Below, in pieces: positions 26,813 to 42,162 of a DNA stretch of 64,000 nt (positions within the stretch are counted from its first letter, which is position 1; each line of letters opens with the position of its first letter). The DNA is taken from the NCBI RefSeq assembly GCF_009914755.1, contig NC_060945.1; one strand, written 5' to 3'. The stretch comes from the human T2T-CHM13v2.0 reference genome, Homo sapiens. The notes below the pieces were generated by a model. It saw nothing but the letters and a program-made list of their open reading frames with translations. It made no database searches and was not told the DNA's origin. A program made the translations under genes and the position numbers.

Positions 26813-27626
26813 AAGAAACCCCAAACAAGAGGGAAGGTACTGTCCAGTGACGGGGGGTGCAGGAGGGGGCTGGAAATGGAGGGCAGGGGAGGAGGCAGGT
26901 GTGGGCCCCCCAGGCTTGGGACAGAGACAGTGAGCAGGCTTCCAGAGGCCTTTCCTGCTGGGGGCTGCAGCCTCGCTCTGCCCCAGCACACTCACGCAGC
27001 CCGGCCCAGCCTGGTGGGCACCACTCGCAGCCTGAGGGCGAAGACACTGAGGTGTTGCTGCAAGAAACTTGTGGCCCCAATCTTATGTCCACTTGAGAAA
27101 GTCGTTTATTCAAAGCCTTGCCCTAAACAAACAGGAACATTTTGCCCTACCACTTGAAATACACACACACACACACACACACACGATAAAGAACAAGGAA
27201 AAGAGAGAGGAGGAGAAGGGGAAGGAAGAGGAGAAAGAGAAACAGGAGACAAAACGGGAGGGCCCTGAACTTCCTGGCCCCCTCCTGAGTGCCCCCCTCC
27301 ATGTGCCTGGGCACTCTTCCCACACCCACTTACAGCACAACTACAGGAAATTTAACGTTTCCCCGCGGAGTTCTATTTGGGAAGTAGGAAGAGGCCAACA
27401 TTTTAGAATACATATCACACAGAATGTTCTAGATAGAGATGGAGGTTTTGGTGCTGCCTGCAGAGCCTTGACATAGACATAATTAGGAAAATACATCCAT
27501 GTTGAAATTTCCCAAGTGCCGCCCCCGCCTAGGCTTCAACTTGGGTTTCGAAGGTGTGTGATGTTTTAAACAAAGAGACCTGTTCAAATGTCAGATGAGG
27601 GATGACAGAAAAGGGGAAAGTGTCTA

Positions 27627-27974
<348 letters not shown>

Positions 27975-28694
27975 TCAATATGCAAGCAAAAAATTGCACT
28001 CAACCCCAAAATGAAAGAAAAAATAACAAAGATCACTTCCCTGGAAAAATCTTATGATAACTCAGTGCTCAGTAAAATATCATGAGTCAATGCATATATT
28101 CTAATGGATTCCATAGTCTCTCTTTCCAACTTAGTTTCTTTACTTTTAGGACAGTTGTTGGGACTTGAGTCGTGTACCCTTCTTAATTTTATTGCCTGAG
28201 TAGAAAATCATTGTTTGTCTGATTTATTTTCCCCTTACTCTTGGAAGTTACTTCTTTAAGTTGCATTTACTTTATAGAGTACGGTACCTCTGTATTTAGT
28301 AATATCTGGCATATAAATTGGAAGCTGAACCATTGTAAAGTGCTAAAAAGTAGAAACATAATCATAGATTTCTCCTGTCTCATCCTCATCCCTTTCTCTA
28401 GAGGGAAGAGAGACCATAGACAGGTCAGAAGAATATTGAAAATATTTTTAGTACTGAGCTTTTGTAAACCTTAAATGTTGGCGCTGGGGCGGTGCAAAAT
28501 ACTGGCTGAGACACGCATCTTAATGAAAAATGAGCATTGAAGCAAAAACAAAGGCATATTTAACGACTATTGCAATTATGAAGATAGACAATTCCAGTGT
28601 TCAGGCTGCAAGTCATTGAAGACTCCTCTCCTCGCAAAAATTGTCAGATATTACAGGTGCAAGTCCTATCTGCCTCCGCAAACCTGTGATCAAG

Positions 28695-29040
<346 letters not shown>

Positions 29041-29201
29041 TCAAAGCTACCACTTATTGCTACAAATAACCCCATATCTTAACTTCCTGCCTAAAACACT
29101 GTGCCTCTGGATACCAGGGTTCTCTATTTTCAAGCACTACTGGAAATTTGAGCTTCTGGGTTATTCTCAGTGACATGGTGGAAGGGCTAATTAATTTATC
29201 T

Positions 29202-29220
29202 CGGCCGCTAGGGGGCGATC
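29202..29220 (+). promoter_or_regulatory. Predicted CTCF binding site
   Basis: cggccgctagggggcgatc closely matches the CTCF core consensus (YGGCCRCYAGGGGGCGC); CpGs are retained. Confidence 0.7.
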
Positions 29221-29489
29221 GATCACTGTGCAATCTGAAAATTCCTTTTCTCTGTACTCAGAATGCTTGAAAATAGGAAACAATGAAAAATAAAATAAAT
29301 TTTAAAAAACCTTCTTAACATTTGGGAGAAAGTTTTTTAGCAAATAGCATTTCTGCATTCTCGTGAGACTTCTGCAGTAATAGAGAGAGCCTTGTTTTCA
29401 CTCCAGAAAAGCCCAATTCTTGTACCTGAAATGAATGAGGAAGAGTCTGAAAAGGGAGGGACTTGCTGGCTTTGCAGTCCAGCCCTGCC

Positions 29490-30340
<851 letters not shown>

Positions 30341-30713
30341 ACTGACCCTCAGGCCTGCACCCAGCAAGAACTCTCGGGCTCGCTGCTGTGTGCCAGGCCT
30401 TGTTCCAGGCACCAGGGAATAGAATTGAGTTTGGAAATGTAAGAAGACAAAAGAAAAGACCCCCGTCCTCATGGAGCTTACATTCTAAGGAAATATCCCA
30501 GAATCACAGTGTTTCCAGGTTGAAAACTGGCATGGGAAGGTGAGTGCACACCCAATAGGAAGGTAATCTCTTTCATGAAGCCCCGAATCATTCTGGAATG
30601 ATTTGGGGGTGATTAAATGTGGGGCAAGAGAGAGGCTGGTGCTAACTCCACCCTGCTGATGTGAAGATGGTCCACCAGGTCAAAGTAGGATTTAGGCTGA
30701 TGCGTAGGACTCA

Positions 30714-31097
<384 letters not shown>

Positions 31098-31112
31098 TCA
31101 GGCAGTCAACAG

Positions 31113-31220
31113 ATATGTGTGTTTATGTGTATGCGTGTATGTATACATACACACATACATGTGTATGTATGTATACATGTACATATGTATGTATATACAT
31201 ATACACGTACACACATACAT
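31113..31220. repeat. (TG/TA/CA)n mixed dinucleotide repeat
   Basis: Direct reading. Confidence 0.85.
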
Positions 31221-33569
31221 TTAAGTACAAACTATGGATCTGGATCTCTCAAGCCTCTGAAAGCTTTCTCCGTCCTGAAAGTGTTTATAATCGACCTGCA
31301 GAGAGGAAATAAGCACTTAAGAACCTGTAGAGAACTATGAAGTGTGGAAATGCATGGTAAGAAAGTGAAGGCCAGCAGGCATCTAGAAAGTGTGAGTATG
31401 GGTGGTCTGAAGTGGTGGGAAGACTCAGAGCCCAGGTGGGCTTGACGGAGGGGGGGAGGTGGCGGGGCACGGCTCAGAGAAGTAGAAGGATGATGGGGTG
31501 AGTGGAGCCTGCAAAGGGTGCACACCTGCCCAGCGGTAAGTCAGGAGGGAACGGACAGAGTGGAGCAAGACCTTGAAAACCTGCCAAATGTGACCGGGGG
31601 AGGGCAGACAATGAGAAGTCAGAAGAAGGTTTCGAGCTGATGAACAGCATTGATGGATTCAGCAAACACTTATGGATTGCCTAATAATAACTTCCCAGGG
31701 GATTCCATGCCTCAGCCTGTCATTAGTAATAAGTCTGACTTATCCAAGAGCAGTAAAATCATTTTTGTTTTTCACAGCAAGTTTCTCCATTTATGGTTTT
31801 CTTGGACTCCACTTGCTTTTCCCAACAGCCAATCTAATTTAGTATATTCATGGTGCCAGCAGGTGTCAGTGAAACAGTCGCGTAAACCATTTATTTATTT
31901 GTATCTGTTGGCTCGGAGTTAGACCCTGGTGGAAGAGCTCATACCTTTTTTATTATAAACAAATGTCTATGCTCCTCTGAATCCACAGATGTGCTGGCTT
32001 TTGCATTGATGAGCTATGGCTTTTCTCACTGTTTAGAAATAGATTTCAAGATTCTATGTTTTGAAAATTCAATTACTCTATGTGAAAATTGTTTTGCTGC
32101 AACCACTGAATTACATTTATGTGACCTAATTAATTAATCAAATGAATTTCCCTGTAAACGTCACCTATAAGTCAAATTTACCAACAAAGAGATTTCCCCT
32201 ATTTTACCTAGTGTTTTAATGTTAGATATAGTGACCCAAATAAAATAATATTATTTTTTAAATGAGATTTACATCCATTAAATATTCTAATTGTTCAACT
32301 GGCTCCCGGTGAGGCTTTAAGCCTCCCTAAGACAGCAAGTTGGATTCACAGTATGGGGGCTGTGGAGTCAGGTCAAGAAGAGTAGACAGTAAAGTCAAAT
32401 GCCTGTGAGAAAGTGTTTTCATAGAGCCACCAATTTAGCTAAATCCTCCACAAGAATGAAGGGACCTGCTTGCTGACATGTAGTTCCTCCAGTTTGGGGG
32501 GATTAATCCTGCCTGTGATCTGTTTGTACAGGTAGAAAGGAGAAATCTTCCCTTGTTTCCTCTCCATGGGTGAAAACCCATCCTAACTAGCTTAACTATA
32601 ATAGACAACGCAGGTGTTTTTGTTCTGTTCCATTTCAATATTTTGTTAAAAAGAAAAAGAAAATTCTTTACATTTTTCTTAGAAGAACTACATTTCAGTC
32701 CTGTGGTTCTAAAATAAAGCTTATTTTTTCTTAGTTGATACTTCTGCAAAATATTGTGTGGAATAATTATCTCATTTTGTTTTATAATAAAAGTAAACAA
32801 CCACCATTTCTATCCAATGCAATTCTATTCACATTTTGATGCATTTCAGTCTATTTATCTAAAGTAAAGTGTTTTGCCCCACATAGCTGTGTTTGTAGCC
32901 TGTACAATTTAGTGTCTGAGTTTTTCTTCTTCATTTAATATGCTATTATGATTATATTCCCATCTTTACTTCATAGTCTTTAAATATCATATTCCATCAT
33001 ATTGATGTTTTATTTTATTTAACCTTTTTTTAATTGTTGGGGATATTATTGTTTCCAGGTTTATTTACTACCACAAATGCTATGTTAGACACCTTCACAA
33101 TATAGTTTCTCTGTTTCTAAGTTTATTTATTGAACTCAAGTCCCAGAAGTAGATGACCATCTTATTTTTTAAGTCCATGTTTCAATTGGCTGTTAATGAG
33201 ATAGGGCTTTTTTGATTATTATTCTTCCAGATGTGCAATATCATAGGGTAAGTTAAGGGATTATATCACAAGGAACAAACAAGAGAGCTCTCCTCTATTT
33301 TTCTTAATATTCCAATTTTGAAATGAAATATATGGAGTAGAGTTATGCGTTATTTGATGGTAGTAGTGTTTTTACATCTTTTTTTTTCAGGGTGCTAATA
33401 TGATCTATAGTTTTCATGCAGAATAAATTGTTGCACCTGAGGAAGAAGTGAGATGTGTTTCTTATAAAGGGAACATATACTTTCAGTTTCATAGCTTGCA
33501 GGTCCCCAAACTATAAGGTTTAAAAACAGACTTAAAAGGTAGTGGGAGAGGATGGGAGCAGCAGCCAGT

Positions 33570-33722
33570 GGTTGCAAGCTTTCTCTGTGGGGTGATGCAA
33601 ATGTTTACAATTATGGCTACGGCTGCACATCTCTGTAAACATATGAAATACCACTGAATCATACACTTAAAATAGGGAATGCTATGGCATGCTAACTGTA
33701 TCTCAATAAAGCTGTTTTTTAC
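33570..33722 (+). mobile_element. Old L1M 3' end fragment
   Basis: ggggtgatgcaaatgtt...accactgaatcatacacttaaa...tatctcaataaagctgttttt. Confidence 0.75.
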
Positions 33723-33784
33723 AAAGGTAGTGTGCTAACTCATCTCTAGGTTATCTTTCTATTTCAATTACAACACTAACTGGC

Positions 33785-35220
33785 ACCTCCACCATGATGA
33801 CCACCACCACCAATCAATGCTTACCACCTCTGCAGGTCACTGTCACCACTGCCAACATCAATGCCACTCCCTCAGGTCCCCCACACAGCCAAGCCACCAC
33901 CATCACTACTACCATCTTTACCACCATCATCACCACCAGCTTCATCTCTGTCAAAAATACTGTGAACACCACCACCACCAGCAATAGCATCTCTACCACT
34001 GACATCACCAACATTACAACCACCAGTATCAACATCACTGCCATAAAATTAACCTAATGGTAGAAGCACCTCTATCACTTCTTCCAACTTTACCACCATA
34101 TTTATCACAAACTTCACCAACAAACCACACTTTAACCTCCACTACTTCCATCATCATCCTTGATGTTACCACCATCACTGTCACTAAAAAGATGCTTCAC
34201 TTTATCACTATCCCAAAACCAACAACACTATCACCACCACCATCCATCACTCAATCACTATCCCAACACCAACACAACTATCACCACAACCATCCATCAC
34301 TCCATTACTATTCCAATATTAACATCACTACCACCGCAAATATCCATCACTCCATCACTATTCCAACACCAACATTGCCATCACCACAACCATCCATCAT
34401 TCCATCACTATCCCAACACCAATATCACTATCACCACAACCATCCATCACTCCATCACTATCCCAACACCAATATCACTATCACCACCACCATCCGTCAC
34501 TTCATCACTATCCCAATACCACCATCACTATCACCACCACCATCCATTACTTCTTCACTATCCCAACACCAACACCACTGTCACCACAACATCCATCACT
34601 CCATCACTATCCCAACACCAATACCACTGTCACCACAACATCCAATACTCCATCACTATCCCAACACCAACAGCACTGTCACCACAACATCCATCACTCC
34701 ATCACTATCCCAACACCAACACCACTGTCACCACAACATCCATCACTCCATCACTATCCCAACACCAACACCACTGTCACCACCACCATCCATCGCTCCA
34801 TCACTATCCCAACACCACCGTCACTATCACCACCACCATCCATCGCTCCATCACTATCCCAACACCACCATCACTATCACCACCACCATCCATTACTTCT
34901 TCACTATCCCAACACCAACACCACTGTCACAACATCCATCGCTCCATCACTATCCCAACACCAACACCACTGTCACCACCACCATCCATCACTCCATCAC
35001 AATCCCAACACCAACACCACTGTCACCACAACATCCATCACTCCATCACAATCCCAGTGCCAACATCACTATAACGACAACCATCCATTATTCCATCACT
35101 ATCCCAACACCAATATCACTATCACCACAACCATCCATCATTCCATTACTATCCCACACCAACATGAATGCCACCACAATGACCACAACTACTACTACCT
35201 CTACCACCTCCACTTCCACT
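33785..35220. repeat. CAC/CAT-rich tract containing a ~49-52-bp minisatellite (about 34200-35160)
   Basis: Unit ccatcactatcccaacaccaacaccactgtcaccacaacatccatcact recurs, e.g. at 34601 and 34650; roughly 18-19 copies. Confidence 0.93.
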
Positions 35221-38200
35221 TATTGAACACTGTTTTTTCCCATTGTAATTGGTGCTTTATGTATATTATTTCATTTTCTTTCCCTAAAAAACCCCACACA
35301 GTATAAGTATGCTTCTTTACACATGAAGAAACAAAAGGTCAAATATGTTAAAACAACTATCTCAAGGCAAGTACAGGGTAGGAATTCTCCAAAGTTGTAT
35401 TTGGTATTAACCGCTCATAGAGCCTCAGAGAACTTTTCACCCTTTTGCAAAGTTTGTTAGTTTTGTAAAGTAATAGTATACATGGCATTTCTAATCAGAG
35501 GAAAATTTAATAGATCACATGAAGAGAAAATTGTATATTTTTATGCATAAAAGCAAGCAAAAATTCTTTATCAGGGAAAGTTTAAGTTACTTTATTAATT
35601 TGTAGATAGACTAGTCAGATTGAAATTTAGAAATGCATTTAAATTAAAGAAATCCTTGTGGATGTATTTTAAAACAACCTCTGAAAAAAATCCATAAATG
35701 TAGGGATTTTGTATATTAAGTGTAAGAAATGTTATGGCCTGTGGTTCAGGTTTTCGAAAATGACACTAGAGGCTCACTCTGAGTTATGGATGAGTCAGTA
35801 GGAGTGGAAGGTGTGCTTAGTGGAGACACGTGAATCCATTTGTCTGGCAGTGGGCTTCATATTCCCAAGGCAAATTAGTGCATAAGATCCTTAACTGGAA
35901 AATTGTTTTGAATGATGCTTTAGACATCTTTGCTTGGAGCATGTGTCTACTAGGAACAAAGGGAGATGGTTTTCTGGGATATAGAGAATATATCCTTATA
36001 GGGAAATGATCTTTAGAACACTGTATTAAGGTTGTTAATTAGCACTGTAGAACAATTGATACATGGGTGGAAATAATGGTTCACTTTCATGAAACTCAGT
36101 GAATGAGGTTAATGGTGGGGTAAGAAGAAAAGGAAAACAAGAAATCAGGTAGGGATCTGGAAACATATTTTGAATCTGAGTTGCATAATATTGGAGAAGA
36201 CAAATTTCCTAGGAAACCACTTTGACCATGCCTCTTTGATCTCTGTCTCCCGATCTCAGTAGTACCTGTTGTGAGATCTGATCGCTGCCTCATCTCTCAA
36301 GACTAATGCCTCCTGGGTGTTGCTTGCTCACCTGCGTTCCTCTCTGACTGCCTGAAAAAGGGTGGGGATCCCAACTGTCTTACATATTCCCACCTTATAA
36401 AAGCTGTTGTCAAAAAATGTTCTTCCTTCTTCTTTCAAAGAATACCCCCACTACTCCTTCTCTGCAGGCCAGCTCAGCTTCCAGCTCACCAGGGCTCTTC
36501 CCTAGACCACTCCCACCAAGAAGCCTTCTCCCTCCCTGGTCTCCACTGGCATTCACTGATCACTTCTACCTCCTCTAGTGGCCACCATTCTCAATGAAAC
36601 GTGGTTTCAAAGAATGTCATTGCAAGCTCTAGAATGCAAAGAACCCTACAGAATGAAATCTCACTTGTTATTTCCCCCTGTCTAAATCGGGGCTTCAACA
36701 CTGTGGATGTTCTCAGAAGATATTCTTGCAGATGGAGAAGAGAATGGTTTTGAACACACATGAGATGCAAAAAAAAGAGGTGGGTAAGAATGATCACAGG
36801 TACAGGTTTATAATCTAACTGGGTAAAGGACTGATAGCAAGGGTATGAAGTCAGAAGAAATTCCTTGACTGCAGACACATGGTTTAGCTGTTGAAGAGAG
36901 GCCTGGCTTAGCCACTACAGAAGTGGAGAACTCAGCAGTCTAGTGTGACAGCCGGGAAGTGTGGATTCAAGCTGAGAGTTGGCTTCCGCACTGGGACTTA
37001 GCCTGCTGGCCTACACAGAAGGATGACAGGTTGAGGCAGGATTTGGAGGGGTTGAGCTTCATTGCCCAGGCCCCACCAGGGATGAAAATAGCTTCTGATG
37101 AGCCAATTTATTTGGACACTGTCATTCATTTTTTTCCTTCTTAAAAGAAGGATTCCAGAAAGAGAATTTGCTCACTTACTCAGCCAGCCGGTGGGTTACA
37201 TGTTTTTATGATGATGGACCTGCAGATTTACAGCAAATCTCACCTGGTAACCAGTCATCTTAAGACAAATTAAAGGAGTCCTTTGAAACGTAAGCATATG
37301 GAAAAAAAAAAACACAAAAAAAACAAAAAACTAAGGGCTCCCTTCTACTCCTATTTAAGAACTCAATAAAACAAGGCCCTTTCCACAGGGAAAATGTTGA
37401 AATTTAGAAATGTGTTTAAGTTAAAGAAATCCTTGAGGACGTATTTACAAACAACCGACTTCTTTCCTAAGTGAGTGCTTTCTGTTTGCCTCTTCTCAAA
37501 TCCCCTTGAACGCAGTGCAAATCTAAGAGAAGGTCATGCCTGCTCCTTGTTAGGTTTCTCACACAAAGATTGTTTTTCCCATGTTGAACTTTACTCCCCC
37601 ATTCATTTGCCTTTGGATTCAGTAATGATCCTGATTTCTTCTCATTTCTTTCATTTATCTGCCATCTGTGGAATGCTCTCTCCCCCTTCCTAGCCTGGCA
37701 GGTTTTTTTCTCCTGTAGTCCTCCTCAACAGCCTCCTTTCATCCTCCCAGATGCCCTTTCTCCAGCTTCCAAATCCCTCCCAACCTCCACTTCCTTTAAG
37801 AAACCTTCTCTTTTGATCTCCATGACAACAGTCGCACCATGTCAATGTATTTGCACGGTGTGCAAGTGACTTATTTTATATGTCCTTCTCAATCAGTCGG
37901 CTGCAAGCCGCCTGTGGCAGATGCATCATCCTTTAAAGGGACAGTAAAACAGTAGACGTGCAAATGCTCACTGCACCTGCCTGGATGTGAATGATTAGAA
38001 CAGGCATCTCTTGTGCTGAAGACCACCAGCCATGTTCTGTTTCCCTCATGCCTCCTACCCCCTTCCCATTGAAAGGAAATGGCCTCTGCTGGATGTGCAG
38101 AATTCACCTGTTGGCTGGAGTCTGCTAAGAGCCTCACTGCAGAATTTCACGTTTGAAGAATGCTGCCTTTCTCAGGCATGCTGAATAATTTAGTTGGGAA

Positions 38201-38794
38201 ATGAATTGAACATTTTCTTTATAGATTCCTCCAAATCCACTTAAAATGTAATCTATCCTCATTTCCCTTATGTGACAAGTTGGGTGGACAGTCTTTTTCA
38301 TCTTTGTGCATTTTCTGCAGCCTCCCCTTACCTGCTTTCCAACATAAACAGTAGCCATTCCATAAGCTTGCTCAGTGAATGGGTGCATCACATTGAACAA
38401 ACCTTAACTGGGCATCTGTTCTACACAAGGCATGGCACAACCAGGGACACCTTTGAGTGAATCAGTGCTCAGAATACTGCCTGATACTTGCAGTGCTGAA
38501 GGTTTGCCCAGAGTACTATGGAGGGGCAAATCGTGGTCAGAAGGATTGCCAGAGAAGAGCATACTTCACCTGAGCTAAAGGGTGACTGGACATTGCCTTG
38601 GAGGGTACAATGCTGTCGCCAAAGCAATTGGCATACACAGCTGCACCCAGGTGCAAGGACAGAAGACACCCAGGAATGGAGAGAGGCTCAAGTGACTCTG
38701 GGGTGAGGTATCCATGGTGATCACAGGGGTGGGGGACGGTACAAGCACAGATGAAGCTAGGGACATATCTACGGGACAGAACCTATGGAGCCTG

Positions 38795-38979
38795 TATGTA
38801 GTGGTATGGTGCGCTACCAGCAACATCCACATCACCTGGAAAACTGTTAGAGCTGCAAGAACTGGGGACCCACTCAGAGTTCCTGAATCAGGAATAAACT
38901 CTGGGGGTGGAGCCTGGTGAGGTGTGTTTTAAAAAGCCCTCCAGGGGATACCAGTGCTCCCTGAGTCTGAGAATCACTG
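38795..38979. mobile_element. MER5A-like hAT MITE
   Basis: accagcaacatccacatcacctgg...ctgaatcag...gtgtgttttaaaaagccctccagggga...tgagaatcactg. Confidence 0.8.
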
Positions 38980-39325
38980 TTGTTATCACTGGGAGTCACT
39001 CAGTGATTTAGATTTGGCTTTGCTGGGAGAGACTATTTAGTTAAAAAGCAGCAACTATGCATTCCCCCATTTCTCAGGTTAGCCAGTAGCCCATTTTCCT
39101 GGTTCTTGGCCAAACAAAAGGGAATAAATGCACATAAAACTGTTAGACCTTCCTGGTCTTGGGAGTAATTTAAAGATCTACCTTACTCAGCACTAAAGGG
39201 ATTCTGCTTTACAATAGGTATAGGGGTGGTGTGAGAACCAGCTGGCTATCTTGGTCCATGGACAATGGATTTTGAGGGGGCTATGTCAGGTCGAGGAGAC
39301 CTCTTACATTATTGCCTCAAATAAT

Positions 39326-39738
39326 TCCTTTCCTCTCCTCTCTCCTTTCTTTCCTCTCCTTTCTTCTTCCTTCCTTCCTTCCTTCCTCCCTTCCTTTCCT
39401 TCCTTCCTCCCTTCCTTTCCTTCCTTCCCTCTTTTTCTTTTATTTTTCTTTCTTTTTCACAGGGTCTCACTCTGTCACCCATGCTGGAGTGCAGTGGTGG
39501 GATCATGGCTCACTGCAGCCTCAACCACCCCAGGCTCAAATAATCCTTCCACTTCAGCCTCCTGAGTACCTGGGATCACAGACATGTCACCATACCCGGC
39601 AAATTTTTGAACTTTTTTTGTAGAGATGGGTTTTTGCCATGTTGCCCAGGCTGGTCTCCAACTCCTGAGCTTAAATAATCTGCCCAACTCAGCCTCCCAA
39701 AGTGCTGGGATTACCAGCAGTGAACCACTGCTTCCGGT
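39326..39738 (-). mobile_element. AluJ with tail expanded into (TTCC)n
   Basis: Reverse Alu at 39440-39738 preceded by a pyrimidine microsatellite; flanks ctcaaat(a/g)at. Confidence 0.88.
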
Positions 39739-41463
39739 CTCAAATGATATTTTTGTTCATATATCTCTCCTTAGAGTTGCACTGTATTAAATACAGTATC
39801 TGTGTCCTAGGTCTCATAATGGGTAGATGTATGGCCACGTGACTGGCTCCCCCAAAGTCATTATCTTTTGAGGAGCTAGGAAAGGATGAGATGTCCACAT
39901 TTCATGAAATAGAAAAGGGCCACATGACCTGATAATGAGACAGTGCTTAGAACAAAGGGGCTGTGCAATTTCAGTTTGAGAAATAAATGATAAATGACAG
40001 ATTATTTGAAATAGGCACTGTCTTGAGAGCCAAGAATGTTACTTGCAGGCTGCAGCTGCCATATTCTAGTCAGACTTGGCAGCTGAGGAGGAAAGAGTGG
40101 CCAAGGTATATGTGGGCTTTGTCTTGAGACACAAATGCAGAATGCTAGAAATAGATTGATAATTTTATGACATGGAATTGAGGTTAACTACTGCAAAGCA
40201 AAACTCCATTTATTCCATTTCTAAAGTGTAGGACAGCTTCCGCTTTATTCATCCAGCCAACAAACACCTGTGACATAGCTCCTCTTGTTGGGACACTCCC
40301 TTTTTGAATTCTGTTGTTCCTCATACATCACACCACCTGCTAACCACAGTTAACATTTCCTACCAGCCACAGAGGCCTATCAGTGCTCTCTGCCAAGGAC
40401 CACACAAGGGCATTCGGGCTTTGCTTCCTATGAATCAACTCTGAGGGCTGGCCTCTGGGAATACCCCCACCTAGCTCCCGCGCCCAACAATGGGGACCTA
40501 GAGGGTGTACTCTGATGCAAAAGAGGGGGTATGCTAGTCTGTGAGCCTGAGGCTGGGCCCCAACTATTTAGCGGTGGCTGAGTGAACCCAAAGGGCTTTG
40601 GCCCACCACACACGCCTGGAGGGCCCAACCCAGAGTAGCCCCTCTGCAGGTAATGGAGGCCCTGTAACGGCAGTGTGGCCAAGGAGGGCAGGGCAGGGGC
40701 CCGAGAAAGGCCACAGAGATAAGGGAGGGAGGGGCACCCCGACTCCAATCTGATAAACAAGCACAAGAGGCAGGATTTCAAAGGCATGGTCATGGGGCCA
40801 TGAAAAATGCTCGGAAGTAGTTTTGCGGGATGGGAGAAGACAGTGTCTGATTCTGGAAGCTCTGTAAGACAGCGCCAGGGGAGGGCCAATCATGATCCAA
40901 CACCGCTGGTAAAGAGGTCAGTCGGGCAGGGGTGGAGCTGAGTGAGATGAAGGCACATCCACATCCACCTCTCACCCCAACAAACCACTGGGTCTGCATG
41001 CTCTGGAGGCATCCTGGATGTCTTGATGAGAAAAGACAGGAAAGGAGGGTGAAGAAGAATCTTCCTTGGAACGAAACAGGCCCTTTCCACTGGGGAGGGC
41101 AGGGCGTGGGAAGCTGGAGGCCAAGGCAGGGAGCCAAGCCAGGAGTCGCCCCAGCCAGTGCTCTGACATGCAAACAGGGCAGCCTCTGTCTACCCTGTAG
41201 GTCCTTAAACTGGAACTGCCTCCATTTCCCTCCCACCCTATATATAATTTATATTATATTTAATAATATAAATTAAAGAATAACTAAGAGAACCCTTAAG
41301 TGATGTAGGAGGAGAGGGTAAGTATGGAGACAAACTGAGTCCTGGAATCCACAGGGATGAGGCTGAGAGCCAGTAGCGGGTGAGAGTGACCCTGGGCTGG
41401 AAGGGACACACAGATGGGAACGGCACTGCCAGGAGGCAGGTGGAAGCTGTTACAGTCAAACTA

Positions 41464-41465
<2 letters not shown>

Positions 41466-41514
<49 letters not shown>
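41466..41514. repeat. (GA)n microsatellite
   Basis: Direct reading. Confidence 0.93.
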
Positions 41515-41518
<4 letters not shown>

Positions 41519-41729
41519 GGCTTGTAAAGGAGTAAGCGGCATCAGTCACACGCCGGGTTGTTGCAGCCTTTGTCATTTTTGCTAAGTATCTGTTCAGAAG
41601 AACCAGAGAAGATCCAGGTCTCAGAAGGAGCCTGCCCACTGAAAGGTGAGCTTTAATTTTATAACTGGAAGGAATTCCTGAGTGCTTTACATCTGTGCCA
41701 AAAGAACCAATGAACCAGAAGCCATTTTT

Positions 41730-42111
41730 GAGTGGGGCACTGCTATAAAGCTACCTGAAAATATGGAAGCAACTTTGGAACTGGGTAATGAGCTGAGGTT
41801 GGAAGAGTGTTGAGGGCTCAGAAGAAGACAGGAAGATGAGGGAAAGTCTGGAACTTCCCAGAGACTTGTTAAATTGTTATGATCACAATGGTGGTAGTGA
41901 TATAGGCAAAGAAGTCCAGGCTGAGGAGTTCTAAGACGAGATGAGGAACTTATTGGGAACTGGAGCAAAGGTCACTTCTGTTATGCATTAGCAAAGAGGT
42001 TGGAGGGATTGTGCCCCTGCCCCAAAGATCTGTGGATCTTTGAACTGGAGAGTGATGATTTAGCATATATCATATATGGCGGGAGGGGCTAGCCTTGTCT
42101 CAGATGAGACT
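41730..42111 (+). mobile_element. MaLR (MST/THE1) internal-sequence fragment
   Basis: gagtggggcactgctataaag...ggaagcaactttggaactgggtaa...gagggctcagaagaagacaggaagatg...gggaactggagcaaaggtcac. Confidence 0.85.
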
Positions 42112-42162
42112 CTCTCAGTTGGATGTGGCTCCCTCTCGAGAGATCATCTCAATCCAGGAAAT

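Noticed and set aside
34057-35226. 389-aa and 304-aa mucin-like or His-rich ORFs
   Set aside because: Artefacts of a G-poor minisatellite that is open in several frames at once.
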